In this document: positions 46,582 to 55,935 of the stretch, piece after piece
Position numbering within the stretch: the first letter of the stretch is position 1
Layout of the letters: every line of letters starts with the position of its first letter
Origin: a virus
Length of the DNA stretch: 64,000 bases
Direction: 5' to 3' (one strand)
Virus record (IMG/VR): IMGVR_UViG_3300028176_000002
Span: 1 to 64,000 of that record
Translations under genes and position numbers: made by a program
The notes under the pieces: generated by a model
Seen by the model: the letters and a program-made list of their open reading frames with translations, nothing else
The model's database searches: none
Told to the model about the DNA's origin: nothing

Positions 46582-47480
46582 TTGAGCCTCCTTATAAAAT
46601 TAATTAACGATTTGATAGGAACGCCATTCGCACGACCATCGGCACCGAAGGCACTACTGGCGATATCTAAATGGATGAAATTTTGAGGATACTTAACAAA
46701 CTGACGGATAAAAAGCCCTCCCTGGCTTGTTCCCCCTTTAAATTCCTTAATATAATTTTTTATTGGTTCTTTTTTATAATAATCTTGCATATAATCGAAC
46801 CACGGTAATGCCCAAGCCAGCTCACCAGCCTCGTGAGATGCTTCTGCGTACTTCTTTAATAAATCTTCACTATCTGACATAACTGCTGTAGCTCGGTCTC
46901 CAATAGCATATTCACATGAACCCGTTAATGTCGCAATAGTGATAATTATATCACTCTCAGTGATAGGGAGGGTCGATATTGCCTCGGCGAGCACAAGTCT
47001 GCCCTCAGCATCAGTATCTGTAACACGAACACTATGATTACCTATCGGAATAATGTCTCCAGGAGTTATACGACTATTTTGGACGAAATTGGTCGTAACG
47101 GGGCAATACGCTATGACATTACCTTTAAGATAATTGGCAACATTCATTGCAATTATCATTCCGGCTTTATCATTAGTCATATCGGTCATATGACCTGCTG
47201 GTTTAACATCTAGTCCACCACTGTCAAATAGAATTCCCTTGCCAATAATATAAATATTCTTAGTTTTTGGAGTTGGGAGTTTATAGTTCGACGTAATTAT
47301 CCGGGCATAAAAATTATCCCCAGACATTAGTTTAATAGGCAGATTTTTAGCGGTGTCAATTGTAACAGGATTTAACTCATGACTGTGAAGTACAGCAAAG
47401 CAGTTTTCTAGGTTGAATCTATTGTAGGGTAGGTCGATTAGCTTGCGAGTGGTGCTAATCACCTTGTTTAAATTATCCAT
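46578..47480 (-). CDS. M17 leucyl aminopeptidase (catalytic domain only)
   Basis: GKGILFDSGGLDVK..MTND.AG, DTDAEGRL, ATLTG, HLDIA. Confidence 0.9.
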   Translation of the reverse strand: MDNLNKVISTTRKLIDLPYNRFNLENCFAVLHSHELNPVTIDTAKNLPIKLMSGDNFYARIITSNYKLPTPKTKNIYIIGKGILFDSGGLDVKPAGHMTDMTNDKAGMIIAMNVANYLKGNVIAYCPVTTNFVQNSRITPGDIIPIGNHSVRVTDTDAEGRLVLAEAISTLPITESDIIITIATLTGSCEYAIGDRATAVMSDSEDLLKKYAEASHEAGELAWALPWFDYMQDYYKKEPIKNYIKEFKGGTSQGGLFIRQFVKYPQNFIHLDIASSAFGADGRANGVPIKSLINFIRRLK

Positions 47481-47521
47481 CTCTCCTCCTTATCTTTAAC
47501 CGAAATTTAACCTTCATACTA

Positions 47522-47547
47522 AAGTATACCATATTTTCTCCGCAATT
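47522..47547 (-). promoter_or_regulatory. Repeated promoter-like motif copy 1
   Basis: Minus strand AATTGCGGAG-AAAA-TATGGTATACTT (extended -10 TGnTATACT). Confidence 0.7.
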
Positions 47548-47569
47548 TTCATTAAAATCATAATTATTT

Positions 47570-47857
47570 TTAATCTTCATCATATACAAAATCGCATGCC
47601 CGGCATGCAGTTTCCCAAGATACGTCATCTTCGTGAAGTTGCCATGAAGCTGTAGTAACTACCCCACCGCAAATACACCTCTCCGGGTGTCTCTTTTCTC
47701 CATAATTACGGTAATACCATACCTTTAGGACATCTGCTAGATTAAGTCCGAATCTAGTTCTGTAGGGCAATCTCTCTAAAAAATGAAGTAAGATTATCAT
47801 TATCATAGTTTTCTCCAGTTCATAATAAGCCACGGAATACATAGATAATTTAACCAC
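47570..47857 (-). CDS. Hypothetical zinc-binding protein (start uncertain)
   Basis: CICG...CRACD. Confidence 0.5.
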   Translation of the reverse strand: MVKLSMYSVAYYELEKTMIMIILLHFLERLPYRTRFGLNLADVLKVWYYRNYGEKRHPERCICGGVVTTASWQLHEDDVSWETACRACDFVYDED

Positions 47858-48378
47858 ATAACTATTTTAAAACTTATTTTAACCATCTTTGCAAATATTA
47901 ATGTTCCTTTTTCTTTCCCCCAGATTTTCATACATAAAGGGAAGAATGCGATATACCCACCATCCAAACAAGGTATAATTGGTATTAGATTCATTATACC
48001 TAATGATACACTTATTGTTCCAAAGTAAAATAAATTTTGATTTAACGTTTTTAATCCAATCAACCCGACAATTAACCCTGAAATTATATTCACAGCACAT
48101 CCTGCTGCTGAAATAAATAATTTTTTAATGTATCTTAAATTAGTAAAAGCTGTAGAATTGTTACTTTCAGTTAATTCATCTTCCAATTCACAAAATCCTC
48201 CTAATGGAAGTAACCGAAATTGATAATTAGTTTTTCCTATTTTTTTCTGAAACAGTATTTTACCAAAACCTACTGCATACGTAGGAACTCCACATCTACA
48301 TAACTTTGCAGCGATTAAGTGTCCAAATTCATGTACAATCACACAAATATATAAAGATGTTAGAAATTGAATAATCAT
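47803..48378 (-). CDS. M50 (site-2) intramembrane metalloprotease, no PDZ
   Basis: HEFGH, VGFG, LPLGGF, NLIPIIPCLDGG. Confidence 0.9.
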   Translation of the reverse strand: MIIQFLTSLYICVIVHEFGHLIAAKLCRCGVPTYAVGFGKILFQKKIGKTNYQFRLLPLGGFCELEDELTESNNSTAFTNLRYIKKLFISAAGCAVNIISGLIVGLIGLKTLNQNLFYFGTISVSLGIMNLIPIIPCLDGGYIAFFPLCMKIWGKEKGTLIFAKMVKISFKIVMWLNYLCIPWLIMNWRKL

Positions 48379-48920
48379 TCTTCGTTCTCCATAATATAAG
48401 TAAAAAATGCATACCAGTAATCACGATTATGTAACGTTTCCCTATGACAATTTCTACATAAGGATATTAAATTCTTAGGTTCATTATTAGATTTATCATA
48501 ATCAATATGATGGACTGATAATTTTTCTTTGTATTGACGTTTATGGCATACTTGGCATTTATGATTATCTCTGCTTCTTATCGTTTCTCTGACGTAATAA
48601 AATTCTTTTGGATGCAAGCAATCGGAATAAGGAATTCCTGTTCCTCCCTGCACTAAACTCATATGTTTTCTAAAAATTTCAGAACGTAATTTTCCCTTAT
48701 TAAATTTACCCACTATCTGTCTATAATGATTCCAACATAATTTAGATTTATAATTCGTAAGTTGTTTACTGCATACGGTACATCTGGGTTTTCCCTTTTT
48801 AAAAGTAGCACTGTTTTCGGGGATTGCAATCCATTTACGGTAACATTTTCTACTACAAAATTTTACTTTTGAAGCCGGTGTCTTAAATTTTTTGTTGCAT
48901 TGTTTACAATATTTAATCAC
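48375..48920 (-). CDS. HNH endonuclease (family A)
   Basis: MSLVQGGTGIPY...RDNHKCQVC..VHHIDY..N..NLISLCRNCH; close paralog of 385-912. Confidence 0.9.
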   Translation of the reverse strand: MIKYCKQCNKKFKTPASKVKFCSRKCYRKWIAIPENSATFKKGKPRCTVCSKQLTNYKSKLCWNHYRQIVGKFNKGKLRSEIFRKHMSLVQGGTGIPYSDCLHPKEFYYVRETIRSRDNHKCQVCHKRQYKEKLSVHHIDYDKSNNEPKNLISLCRNCHRETLHNRDYWYAFFTYIMENEE

Positions 48921-49543
48921 TATTTACTTCTCCATTTTCTATCGAAAATAGTTATTCCGTTGAGGTGGTCTATTTCGTGTGCTACACAAAAGGCTTCCAA
49001 ATCTTGTATAGATGCTACTTGGGGTTTTAAATCTTCATTTAAATACTCAATTGTTATGTAAATGTTTCTTTTTGTATCTACGGTTATTCCTGGGAAGGAG
49101 CAACATCCTTCTCTGTTTACTCGAATAGGATTGGATACTTCTATGATTTGAGGATTAATTAAAACCTTTTCGTGATACTCAATTAAATTCTTCTCTTTAT
49201 TTATTGATGGAATGCTAATAAAACACACACATTTCTTAATACCGATTTGAGGAGCAGATAAACCAATCGCATTCGGTTGCCATTTTAGTGTATCTTTTAA
49301 TGCTTGAATGATTCCTTTTACATCATCTTCAATTGTTATTTTCTCACATGGCAGTTTTAAGATACTTCTTTCTGTAACTAAGGGAAGATTCTTTTTTACA
49401 ATAACCGGTGCATCTTCCTTGATATAATCTTTAGGATTGTCTATCATCTTTTTTAGTGCTTCTCGTTCACTACGAGTAAGATAACCTTTTTCCATTTTTA
49501 TTTTATTATCAGAAATATATTTTTCGTATTCTAATTTATTCAT
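48920..49543 (-). CDS. def: Peptide deformylase with N-terminal extension
   Basis: IGLSAPQIG, EGCCS, HEIDHLNG; start at MNKLEY after GGAGGG. Confidence 0.9.
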   Translation of the reverse strand: MNKLEYEKYISDNKIKMEKGYLTRSEREALKKMIDNPKDYIKEDAPVIVKKNLPLVTERSILKLPCEKITIEDDVKGIIQALKDTLKWQPNAIGLSAPQIGIKKCVCFISIPSINKEKNLIEYHEKVLINPQIIEVSNPIRVNREGCCSFPGITVDTKRNIYITIEYLNEDLKPQVASIQDLEAFCVAHEIDHLNGITIFDRKWRSK

Positions 49544-49983
49544 TATAATGCCCTCCCGATAATCAGTAATATTGTTCCTATAATTATTCCCCAAACATAC
49601 GAAACTGGTAAAAACCAAATCCAGCGTTTATGCCAAAATATCCTTCCAGGTTTAAAATTTTTAAATCCGTATAAATTATTTTCTAGAAACCAAAACCAAT
49701 CTTCCGCAATCCAATACCAACTAAAAAATCCCATTATTAATAATTCGTGTTTTAGCGTTATAGGAATAAATAAATAAGGACTATGAAATATGACTATATA
49801 CATAATCAACATCCAAAAATGGTATCCCGTAATTTCTTTACCTAAAATTAACTGTGTAAATTTATTGTCTACTCTCCAGCATGGTAATTTTAATGCCCAC
49901 CCTGCCTTCTTTCCCTCAATCATGAGTTCAAGTTTTGCATGCAAGGCTGCTAGAAATAATAGGTATATTACTATTTTAATCAT
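49543..49983 (-). CDS. Trp-rich membrane protein
   Basis: About 4 TM segments; EG..GWA.KLP, TGYH, EDWFWF. Confidence 0.7.
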   Translation of the reverse strand: MIKIVIYLLFLAALHAKLELMIEGKKAGWALKLPCWRVDNKFTQLILGKEITGYHFWMLIMYIVIFHSPYLFIPITLKHELLIMGFFSWYWIAEDWFWFLENNLYGFKNFKPGRIFWHKRWIWFLPVSYVWGIIIGTILLIIGRAL

Positions 49984-51440
49984 TTAATTTTACTTTCCCC
50001 GTTTTGTCTTATAATGTCAATCTTATTTACATCTTCAATCTCAGGTAGATTCTGGTAGATTATAAAATATTGAAATGGTAATGTCTTACAAATCTCTATA
50101 AATTTAAGAAAATTAACCGCATCCATGTTACCTAAACCTTCATCTGCGATTATAATACCTTCATTTTCGCCTTTGTGGAGTAATATAGCCAGTTTAAAGA
50201 CACTACTTAAAAAACATTTCTGACCGGAAGAAAGTTGTTCGTATTTTAATTCATTCTCACCGTTCTTAATTTTAATAAAATCTTTCTCTGCGTTAAATTC
50301 TACTTGCATGTTTACTTCTTTTAATAAGTTATTGATAATTACCGCCAATTGTTTAAGCCATTGATTAATAAAATATCCTGCAAATGAGTCTAATAACTTT
50401 ACTGATTCACTATACATTAATACGTCTTTAGCAGTATACTTGTAATCCTTAAATTTAAACGCTTCTTTTAATTTTAGTAAACATTCTCTTGCCTTCTGTT
50501 CTTCGCCCTGCAGTTTACTTAGTGTTTCACTATAATACTCCAGTGCATTTAGTTCATTGTCTAACTGCAATTTTAATTCGGCAATCTCTTTATTCCAAAT
50601 AGCAATTTCATTATTTATTGCTAATTCTTGACTAGGCGTAATTTGTTTAGTTATCTGAGTACATTTTGTCTTCAAAATAGGGCAAATCCCACTCTTCTGG
50701 GCTTCTTGCATCTCGTATCTTCGATTATTAATTAAACGTTCTCGGGTCTGTATTTCTGATTTTAATTTATTGGCGATACCATTTTGAAGTTCCCCGTCTT
50801 TCTCAAACTCGCTATAGTTTTTCTTTATATCATCTAATCCCGCATTAAGAATCTGTACTCTACGTTCTGACAAATAAAATTTATAATATCTTTTATCTAC
50901 ATTATACGTTTCTCTTTCTGATTTTTTAAGTAATAGATTCTTTCTTATTCCGGTAAATAAGTCATCTACAAAGTTCATTAACTCTTTTCTAAGAGAAGTA
51001 ATTCCTAAATCTAATAAGTTAATCCCTTTTGAATCAATCATTCTAAATTTTTTAAAGAAATCGTAATTTCCGAATTGTTCATCTATAAACTGTTGTTTGA
51101 TGGTAACCGTATTTCCTTCTACAATACTTCCATTAAGAAAAATAGTTAAATCGCTAGGTATACTCCTAGTGATTACAAACGTGTCGTAACCTTTTTTGAT
51201 TACAATTGTAACCTCGGTCTCTTTAGTGCCAATTCTAACTAAATCTTTTAAATTAATCCCTGAAACATCACCATAAAGGCAGAAAGTAATAGCGTTCTTT
51301 ACTAATGTAGTCTTTCCAGAACCATTAGAAGATGACTGAGTATCATCTAAATTAACACCAGAAATAACATTAATCTTATTCAATGTTACTTCCGTAAATT
51401 TAAATAACTCGAAATTTTTAAGACTTAGTTTTTCTAACAT
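49980..51440 (-). CDS. SbcC/Rad50-like ATPase
   Basis: NGSGKTT, zinc-hook-like CPILKTKC, LSSGQ, IIADE. Confidence 0.9.
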   Translation of the reverse strand: MLEKLSLKNFELFKFTEVTLNKINVISGVNLDDTQSSSNGSGKTTLVKNAITFCLYGDVSGINLKDLVRIGTKETEVTIVIKKGYDTFVITRSIPSDLTIFLNGSIVEGNTVTIKQQFIDEQFGNYDFFKKFRMIDSKGINLLDLGITSLRKELMNFVDDLFTGIRKNLLLKKSERETYNVDKRYYKFYLSERRVQILNAGLDDIKKNYSEFEKDGELQNGIANKLKSEIQTRERLINNRRYEMQEAQKSGICPILKTKCTQITKQITPSQELAINNEIAIWNKEIAELKLQLDNELNALEYYSETLSKLQGEEQKARECLLKLKEAFKFKDYKYTAKDVLMYSESVKLLDSFAGYFINQWLKQLAVIINNLLKEVNMQVEFNAEKDFIKIKNGENELKYEQLSSGQKCFLSSVFKLAILLHKGENEGIIIADEGLGNMDAVNFLKFIEICKTLPFQYFIIYQNLPEIEDVNKIDIIRQNGESKIK

Positions 51441-51613
51441 AATTTACTCGCTCTTTTACTCCTAAATAAATCTGTTCCCATTCATCTACAGTCATCCACC
51501 CATCATGGATGCACCCGGCTATTGCAGTAACTACATCAAAAACTTTGCAGTGTTCTATTTTAACCTCTTTTGGGTCGTCTTTCTTATATTTACTTTTTCC
51601 CTTTCGTGGCAAT

Positions 51614-51883
51614 TTAAAAATCCTCCTCTTGATGAATTTTCTTTAGTTCTTTTGCAGAAAATTTAGAATCTTTCTTTTTATTAGGAACGACTCTAGTCTT
51701 AGGATTTATTGCCCAGACTTTTCGTTCATCTGCATGAACATCACACGGTTGTTTACACTCAGTGCATGAATAATAATACGTTCCTTCAAAGTCTTTTCCT
51801 TTTCCAAAATCAGTTCCTTCTTCAATCTTTACAATTGCATTACAGCAATTTGATTTTAATGTAGATTTATTTTTCTTACTCAT
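51614..51883 (-). CDS. Small zinc-binding protein
   Basis: SNCCNA...YYSCTECKQPC. Confidence 0.55.
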   Translation of the reverse strand: MSKKNKSTLKSNCCNAIVKIEEGTDFGKGKDFEGTYYYSCTECKQPCDVHADERKVWAINPKTRVVPNKKKDSKFSAKELKKIHQEEDF

Positions 51884-52815
51884 CGTATTTCCTCCAATAA
51901 TATTTTCTTAATATCTTCAGGTACTTTATTTTCTTCTAAATATTTAATTAAAGATTCCCTTATGCTCATTTCATTTTTAGCAGTAATAAGCGTAGTATCT
52001 GAAATGATAAAATCCTTCTTCTCCACAAACAAACTAAACTTCTCTTTATATGTTGATAAACTGTTAATAACCTTCGAATATGAGTCAAAATCCTTAAAAA
52101 TGACACGAACCTTGGTTTTTGGGACAATTTTGTCCAGTATTGACTTAAATTCCTCTTCAGATTTAGCCAAAGAAGCGTATAGTGGCACTTTCTCCCCTTT
52201 GGGGTCTAAATATACATCTTTCATTGGATAGACTGATTTTAAGCCTAAAAGATGGTTAGTTTCATCCGTTCCTTTGTAATTTTCAATAAGAAGCACGACC
52301 TTTGCTTTGTCTTGACTTTCAGCAAAATCAATGTATCTACAAGCCCCTAAATGCATAATATTTTTACCAATTGCCTGTAAAGAATGTTGATGACCTAAAA
52401 GAACATATTTATATTTTTTATAATCTTCTGCGGTCTTTGTGGCTCCATAACTTATGCTGCTTTCTGTTAATGTAAAATGCCCGCAATACATATATTCTTC
52501 ATCAATATGTTCCTTTACTACTTTTACACTGGAGTGTAAGATTCCAAAATGGTTCATTATGGATTCTTCTGGTGTTGTAGACTCATGACTGTTTGCAGCT
52601 AAACAAATTAAAGGTCCATTTAATTTAGTTATAAATTTAGAAAATAAATCTAAGCATTCAGATTCAGGTTTCAATACGTCAAACGTATCTCCTAAATTAT
52701 AAACAGCATCTATTTTATACTTATTCGAAAGCATAATAATTTCATCAAGAACCAACGCACATTCCATTAGTTCAGATTTTTTAATATGCAAATCGGTAAA
52801 TATTAATAAATTCAT
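51880..52815 (-). CDS. SbcD/Mre11-like nuclease
   Basis: TDLH, LGDTFD, ANSHE, LGHQH; upstream of SbcC. Confidence 0.85.
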   Translation of the reverse strand: MNLLIFTDLHIKKSELMECALVLDEIIMLSNKYKIDAVYNLGDTFDVLKPESECLDLFSKFITKLNGPLICLAANSHESTTPEESIMNHFGILHSSVKVVKEHIDEEYMYCGHFTLTESSISYGATKTAEDYKKYKYVLLGHQHSLQAIGKNIMHLGACRYIDFAESQDKAKVVLLIENYKGTDETNHLLGLKSVYPMKDVYLDPKGEKVPLYASLAKSEEEFKSILDKIVPKTKVRVIFKDFDSYSKVINSLSTYKEKFSLFVEKKDFIISDTTLITAKNEMSIRESLIKYLEENKVPEDIKKILLEEIR

Positions 52816-52951
52816 TTCTTTCCTTTTGCTAAATATTTTTTAATTGCTTTCTTTATAATTTTATAACCTAGTTTATGTAATTCTATTAAGTCTTGCCAGC
52901 TTGTTCTGGAAATAAACCAATAACCTTTCTTATTTTTCTTTATCTCGTACA

Positions 52952-53269
52952 TTAATTCCTCCCTTTTTTCTTTTTATCTTCCGGTTTAGGTAATGCCTTC
53001 TTTTCATAAGGCGGAAGATTAAATAATTCATAACATTCCTCCGTAAGACCAGCCATGCCTTCTAAACGATGAAAAAATATTCTATCAAATAAATGTTTAC
53101 AAGTCGGACATATTTCTTTTTGTTCTGATTGAACCTTCCCAACATAATTCATTACGTCTTCTTTGGAATCCAAAGACTCTTTCATTGCTTCTGGACTAGC
53201 AGTATAAAGTATCCATGATTGACCATCTTTCATAGGATTGGCACATAAATCACAGTAATGTATTTCCAT
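52952..53269 (-). CDS. Hypothetical zinc-binding protein
   Basis: YCDLC...EICPTC; GAGGA SD. Confidence 0.6.
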   Translation of the reverse strand: MEIHYCDLCANPMKDGQSWILYTASPEAMKESLDSKEDVMNYVGKVQSEQKEICPTCKHLFDRIFFHRLEGMAGLTEECYELFNLPPYEKKALPKPEDKKKKGRN

Positions 53270-53284
53270 AAATATTCCTCCTAG

Positions 53285-53653
53285 TTAAAGACGTTTACGT
53301 AATTTATTAGGTAGTATCGAATTTACTAAATAAATAAAAACTGATGGTCTTTTAAAATTTAAACAACCACGCATCTTATACGGATAAAATCTGTAAGTAG
53401 TAATCCATAAATCTAACATACAGATAATCGCTAATATTGCAGAAACAATAATAAACCAATCTAAAATAATCACACCATAATAAAATTTTACAATATCATT
53501 AACAATCGCAAAATTAATAAATTTTCGAGATTGAGATTTAGCGTTTTTAGTGTGTCTAATTTTATTAGCCTGTAAAGTATACTTAATAGCATCAAAAATG
53601 CTAGTAACTACGAGTACACTTCCAACTATGTCTTTTAATAACCAATTACTCAT
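53285..53653 (-). CDS. PQ-loop/SemiSWEET-like three-TM membrane protein
   Basis: 3 TM; LQANKIRHTKNAKSQS resembles the PQ-loop signature with Pro replaced. Confidence 0.55.
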   Translation of the reverse strand: MSNWLLKDIVGSVLVVTSIFDAIKYTLQANKIRHTKNAKSQSRKFINFAIVNDIVKFYYGVIILDWFIIVSAILAIICMLDLWITTYRFYPYKMRGCLNFKRPSVFIYLVNSILPNKLRKRL

Positions 53654-53672
53654 TATTATTCCTTTCTAATAC

Positions 53673-53698
53673 AAGTATACCATAAATACTCCGCAATT
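53673..53698 (-). promoter_or_regulatory. Repeated promoter-like motif copy 2
   Basis: Minus strand AATTGCGGAG-TATT-TATGGTATACTT; 23/26 identical to copy 1. Confidence 0.7.
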
Positions 53699-53735
53699 CT
53701 TTGGGAGAAGGCGGTTTCCCAACCTTCTCTTTTTC
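53697..53735. terminator. Repeated structured element copy C
   Basis: Minus strand GAAAAA-GAGAAGG-TTGG-GAAA-CCG-CCTTCTC-CCAAAG; U-tract lies on the + strand. Confidence 0.65.
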
Positions 53736-53930
53736 TTATTTCTTCTTCAACTCGTTCTTCTTAGACTTTAATTCTTTCTTATCTTCTTCAGTCAACAATT
53801 GATTACTTCTCATTGTGCTGAGGAATTTCATTGCGACTTTAATTACTTGTATCAATTTTCGGGCATCTGTCAATGCACCATCTGCCTCGATTTTATCAAT
53901 GTCGCTCAGAACTGCTTCAATTGTTATCAT
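53736..53930 (-). CDS. Small protein, likely highly expressed
   Basis: SD AAAGGAG; uses TTC/AAC/AAG codons; followed by structured element. Confidence 0.65.
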   Translation of the reverse strand: MITIEAVLSDIDKIEADGALTDARKLIQVIKVAMKFLSTMRSNQLLTEEDKKELKSKKNELKKK

Positions 53931-54069
53931 CTTTACTCCTTTCCTTTAGCATTATTTTTATTACTTTTTGATTAAAGGATAAACGAAAACTCCTACTAAT
54001 CCGCCTAACGCAATACCAACTATCGCTCCCACAATTAATCCGGTTACAAACATTATGACCTCCTTTCAA

Positions 54070-54264
54070 TTAAAATAGCCAACTCTTGTCAATAAGATTA
54101 TAAAATGTGTTTAATAAATTATGCATATCTTTTAATTCTGTCTGTAAATTAATTAAAATAGTTAATACTTTATAAAATACTCCTACCATTAAGAATGTTA
54201 ATATAACCATTGCAACTCTTTGAACTATTCCTACTATGTTATACGCTTTTTCTAATCCGCTCAC
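54070..54264 (-). CDS. Small membrane protein
   Basis: One TM helix; coupled to ligase stop. Confidence 0.5.
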   Translation of the reverse strand: MSGLEKAYNIVGIVQRVAMVILTFLMVGVFYKVLTILINLQTELKDMHNLLNTFYNLIDKSWLF

Positions 54265-55160
54265 TTATCATCCCTCATTCTTATATATACCGGGTGCCGG
54301 GGCAAATCTTTTGCCCCTACGAGCATTCCTTTATATTCAATCATTCTACCTAAATATTTCTTTTGATTTTTCCATACTTCTTCTTTTTCTTCATCAGTCA
54401 TCGCAATAGTAACTTTCAGTTCTTTTCCTTCATACATAACTATAAATGCTGCAGCTTTTTCAATTAAGATTCTATCATCTTTCTTTTTGCTAGTTACTGA
54501 CCTGCCAAGTTCATTAATCTTCTTTTCTGCACCTTCTCTGACCTCTGTGGCTTGAATAATTCCTATAATCTTTGCGTCGAATGTCATAAATGGTTTCATC
54601 TTATAAATTAAACCTTCTTTAATAGTTCCTCTCCCGCATTTATATTTTCCGTTAGGGTCTCTTAAAATTAATCCATCGCATCCCCAACCAATTGCGTTAT
54701 CATATATTAAATTTATTTCTTCTGGTTTAAATATGCTCCACTGTTTCACCAATTCCATGTAATAGAAAGAAAACGGTAATGTTTCCAAAATATTAATTCT
54801 AGTTTTAAATGACAAATCGTATTGTTCAAGAGGAATCGCATCAAAACAATAAAATTTTAAATCCTCCGGCAAATCTTTATCTAACTGTCTGGTAATTCCA
54901 GATAGTTCGTTAAATGTTAAAGATTTAGCTATTAATTCTCCATCTAAAATTACACACTCTTTTTGGGCAGACTTTGCTATTTCTTCAAATCTATCCCATA
55001 ATTTTATATTAGGGAATTGTTTTAATGCCCGGGAATACATTTTCCCATCTTTAAAAATACATCTTATTCCGTCAAATTTATATGAAACTAATAACGGATA
55101 TTTTAATGTATTTATATCTATTTTTTCATTAGGTGCTAACATCGGTTTAAATGTTTTCAT
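54261..55160 (-). CDS. ATP-dependent DNA ligase
   Basis: KPMLA, YKFDGIR, LDGEL, FDAI, DGLILR, YKMKP, C-terminal OB fold (PRHPVY..R.DK). Confidence 0.95.
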   Translation of the reverse strand: MKTFKPMLAPNEKIDINTLKYPLLVSYKFDGIRCIFKDGKMYSRALKQFPNIKLWDRFEEIAKSAQKECVILDGELIAKSLTFNELSGITRQLDKDLPEDLKFYCFDAIPLEQYDLSFKTRINILETLPFSFYYMELVKQWSIFKPEEINLIYDNAIGWGCDGLILRDPNGKYKCGRGTIKEGLIYKMKPFMTFDAKIIGIIQATEVREGAEKKINELGRSVTSKKKDDRILIEKAAAFIVMYEGKELKVTIAMTDEEKEEVWKNQKKYLGRMIEYKGMLVGAKDLPRHPVYIRMRDDK

Positions 55161-55359
55161 GTTTTCCTTATACTTACCAGTTCATTCATTTCTATTATGA
55201 TATGATTAACTACAATATATCCGTTACCTATTTCATCAATAATCGCATCATGATTGCACTGTTCTCCATCTGGTTTACGGTATTCTACCCAAACGTCATC
55301 TCCAACCTTTAGGTTTCTTATTCTATTAGCAATTCTTCTATTTCTTTTCTTACGTTTCT

Positions 55360-55935
55360 TCATAGTTTTAATCCCGCAAAGCAAAGTAAAAGTGCATCCG
55401 CAATGTTATCATCCTTAATCGGTTCTTCTACTACATTTCCAATCCATTTCATAATTTCCTGTTTCTTTTCCTTACCTTTACTCTTTTTTGGTAAATGAGA
55501 TTCAAATCCTACTAAATTTCTAGCGGTTATAGGGAAGATAATTTTTATTTCTCCAAACTTATCACATAATTTAGCATAAATAATTCCCTGTAATGCTCTT
55601 AAAAATCCAAATGTTACTACATTAATTTTTAAAAATGAATTCTCTAATATAAGTAGAGATTTATTTTTATCAAACTTTGGTAAACTAGGAATTAATTCTT
55701 TATCAATCAACTTAACAAATTCAGCCAAGTGCTCCTGATACTTTTCTGCTTTTGATTCTGAATCTTTAGATAATTTAGGCAGTTCTAAAAGATAAGTTTT
55801 AACTAATAATTTACCATTAGTAATGTCTATCATCGCAATGCCTGACTTAGTAGCAGTATCAACTGCTAGACAGAAGACATTACTCTTTAATTTAAAACCT
55901 AAATTGCGTTCAAGTTTCTTCAGTGATTTAATCAT
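55360..55935 (-). CDS. RuvC-like Holliday junction resolvase
   Basis: LAVDTATKSGIA, ILEN, DDNIADA; start at MIKSL. Confidence 0.75.
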   Translation of the reverse strand: MIKSLKKLERNLGFKLKSNVFCLAVDTATKSGIAMIDITNGKLLVKTYLLELPKLSKDSESKAEKYQEHLAEFVKLIDKELIPSLPKFDKNKSLLILENSFLKINVVTFGFLRALQGIIYAKLCDKFGEIKIIFPITARNLVGFESHLPKKSKGKEKKQEIMKWIGNVVEEPIKDDNIADALLLCFAGLKL

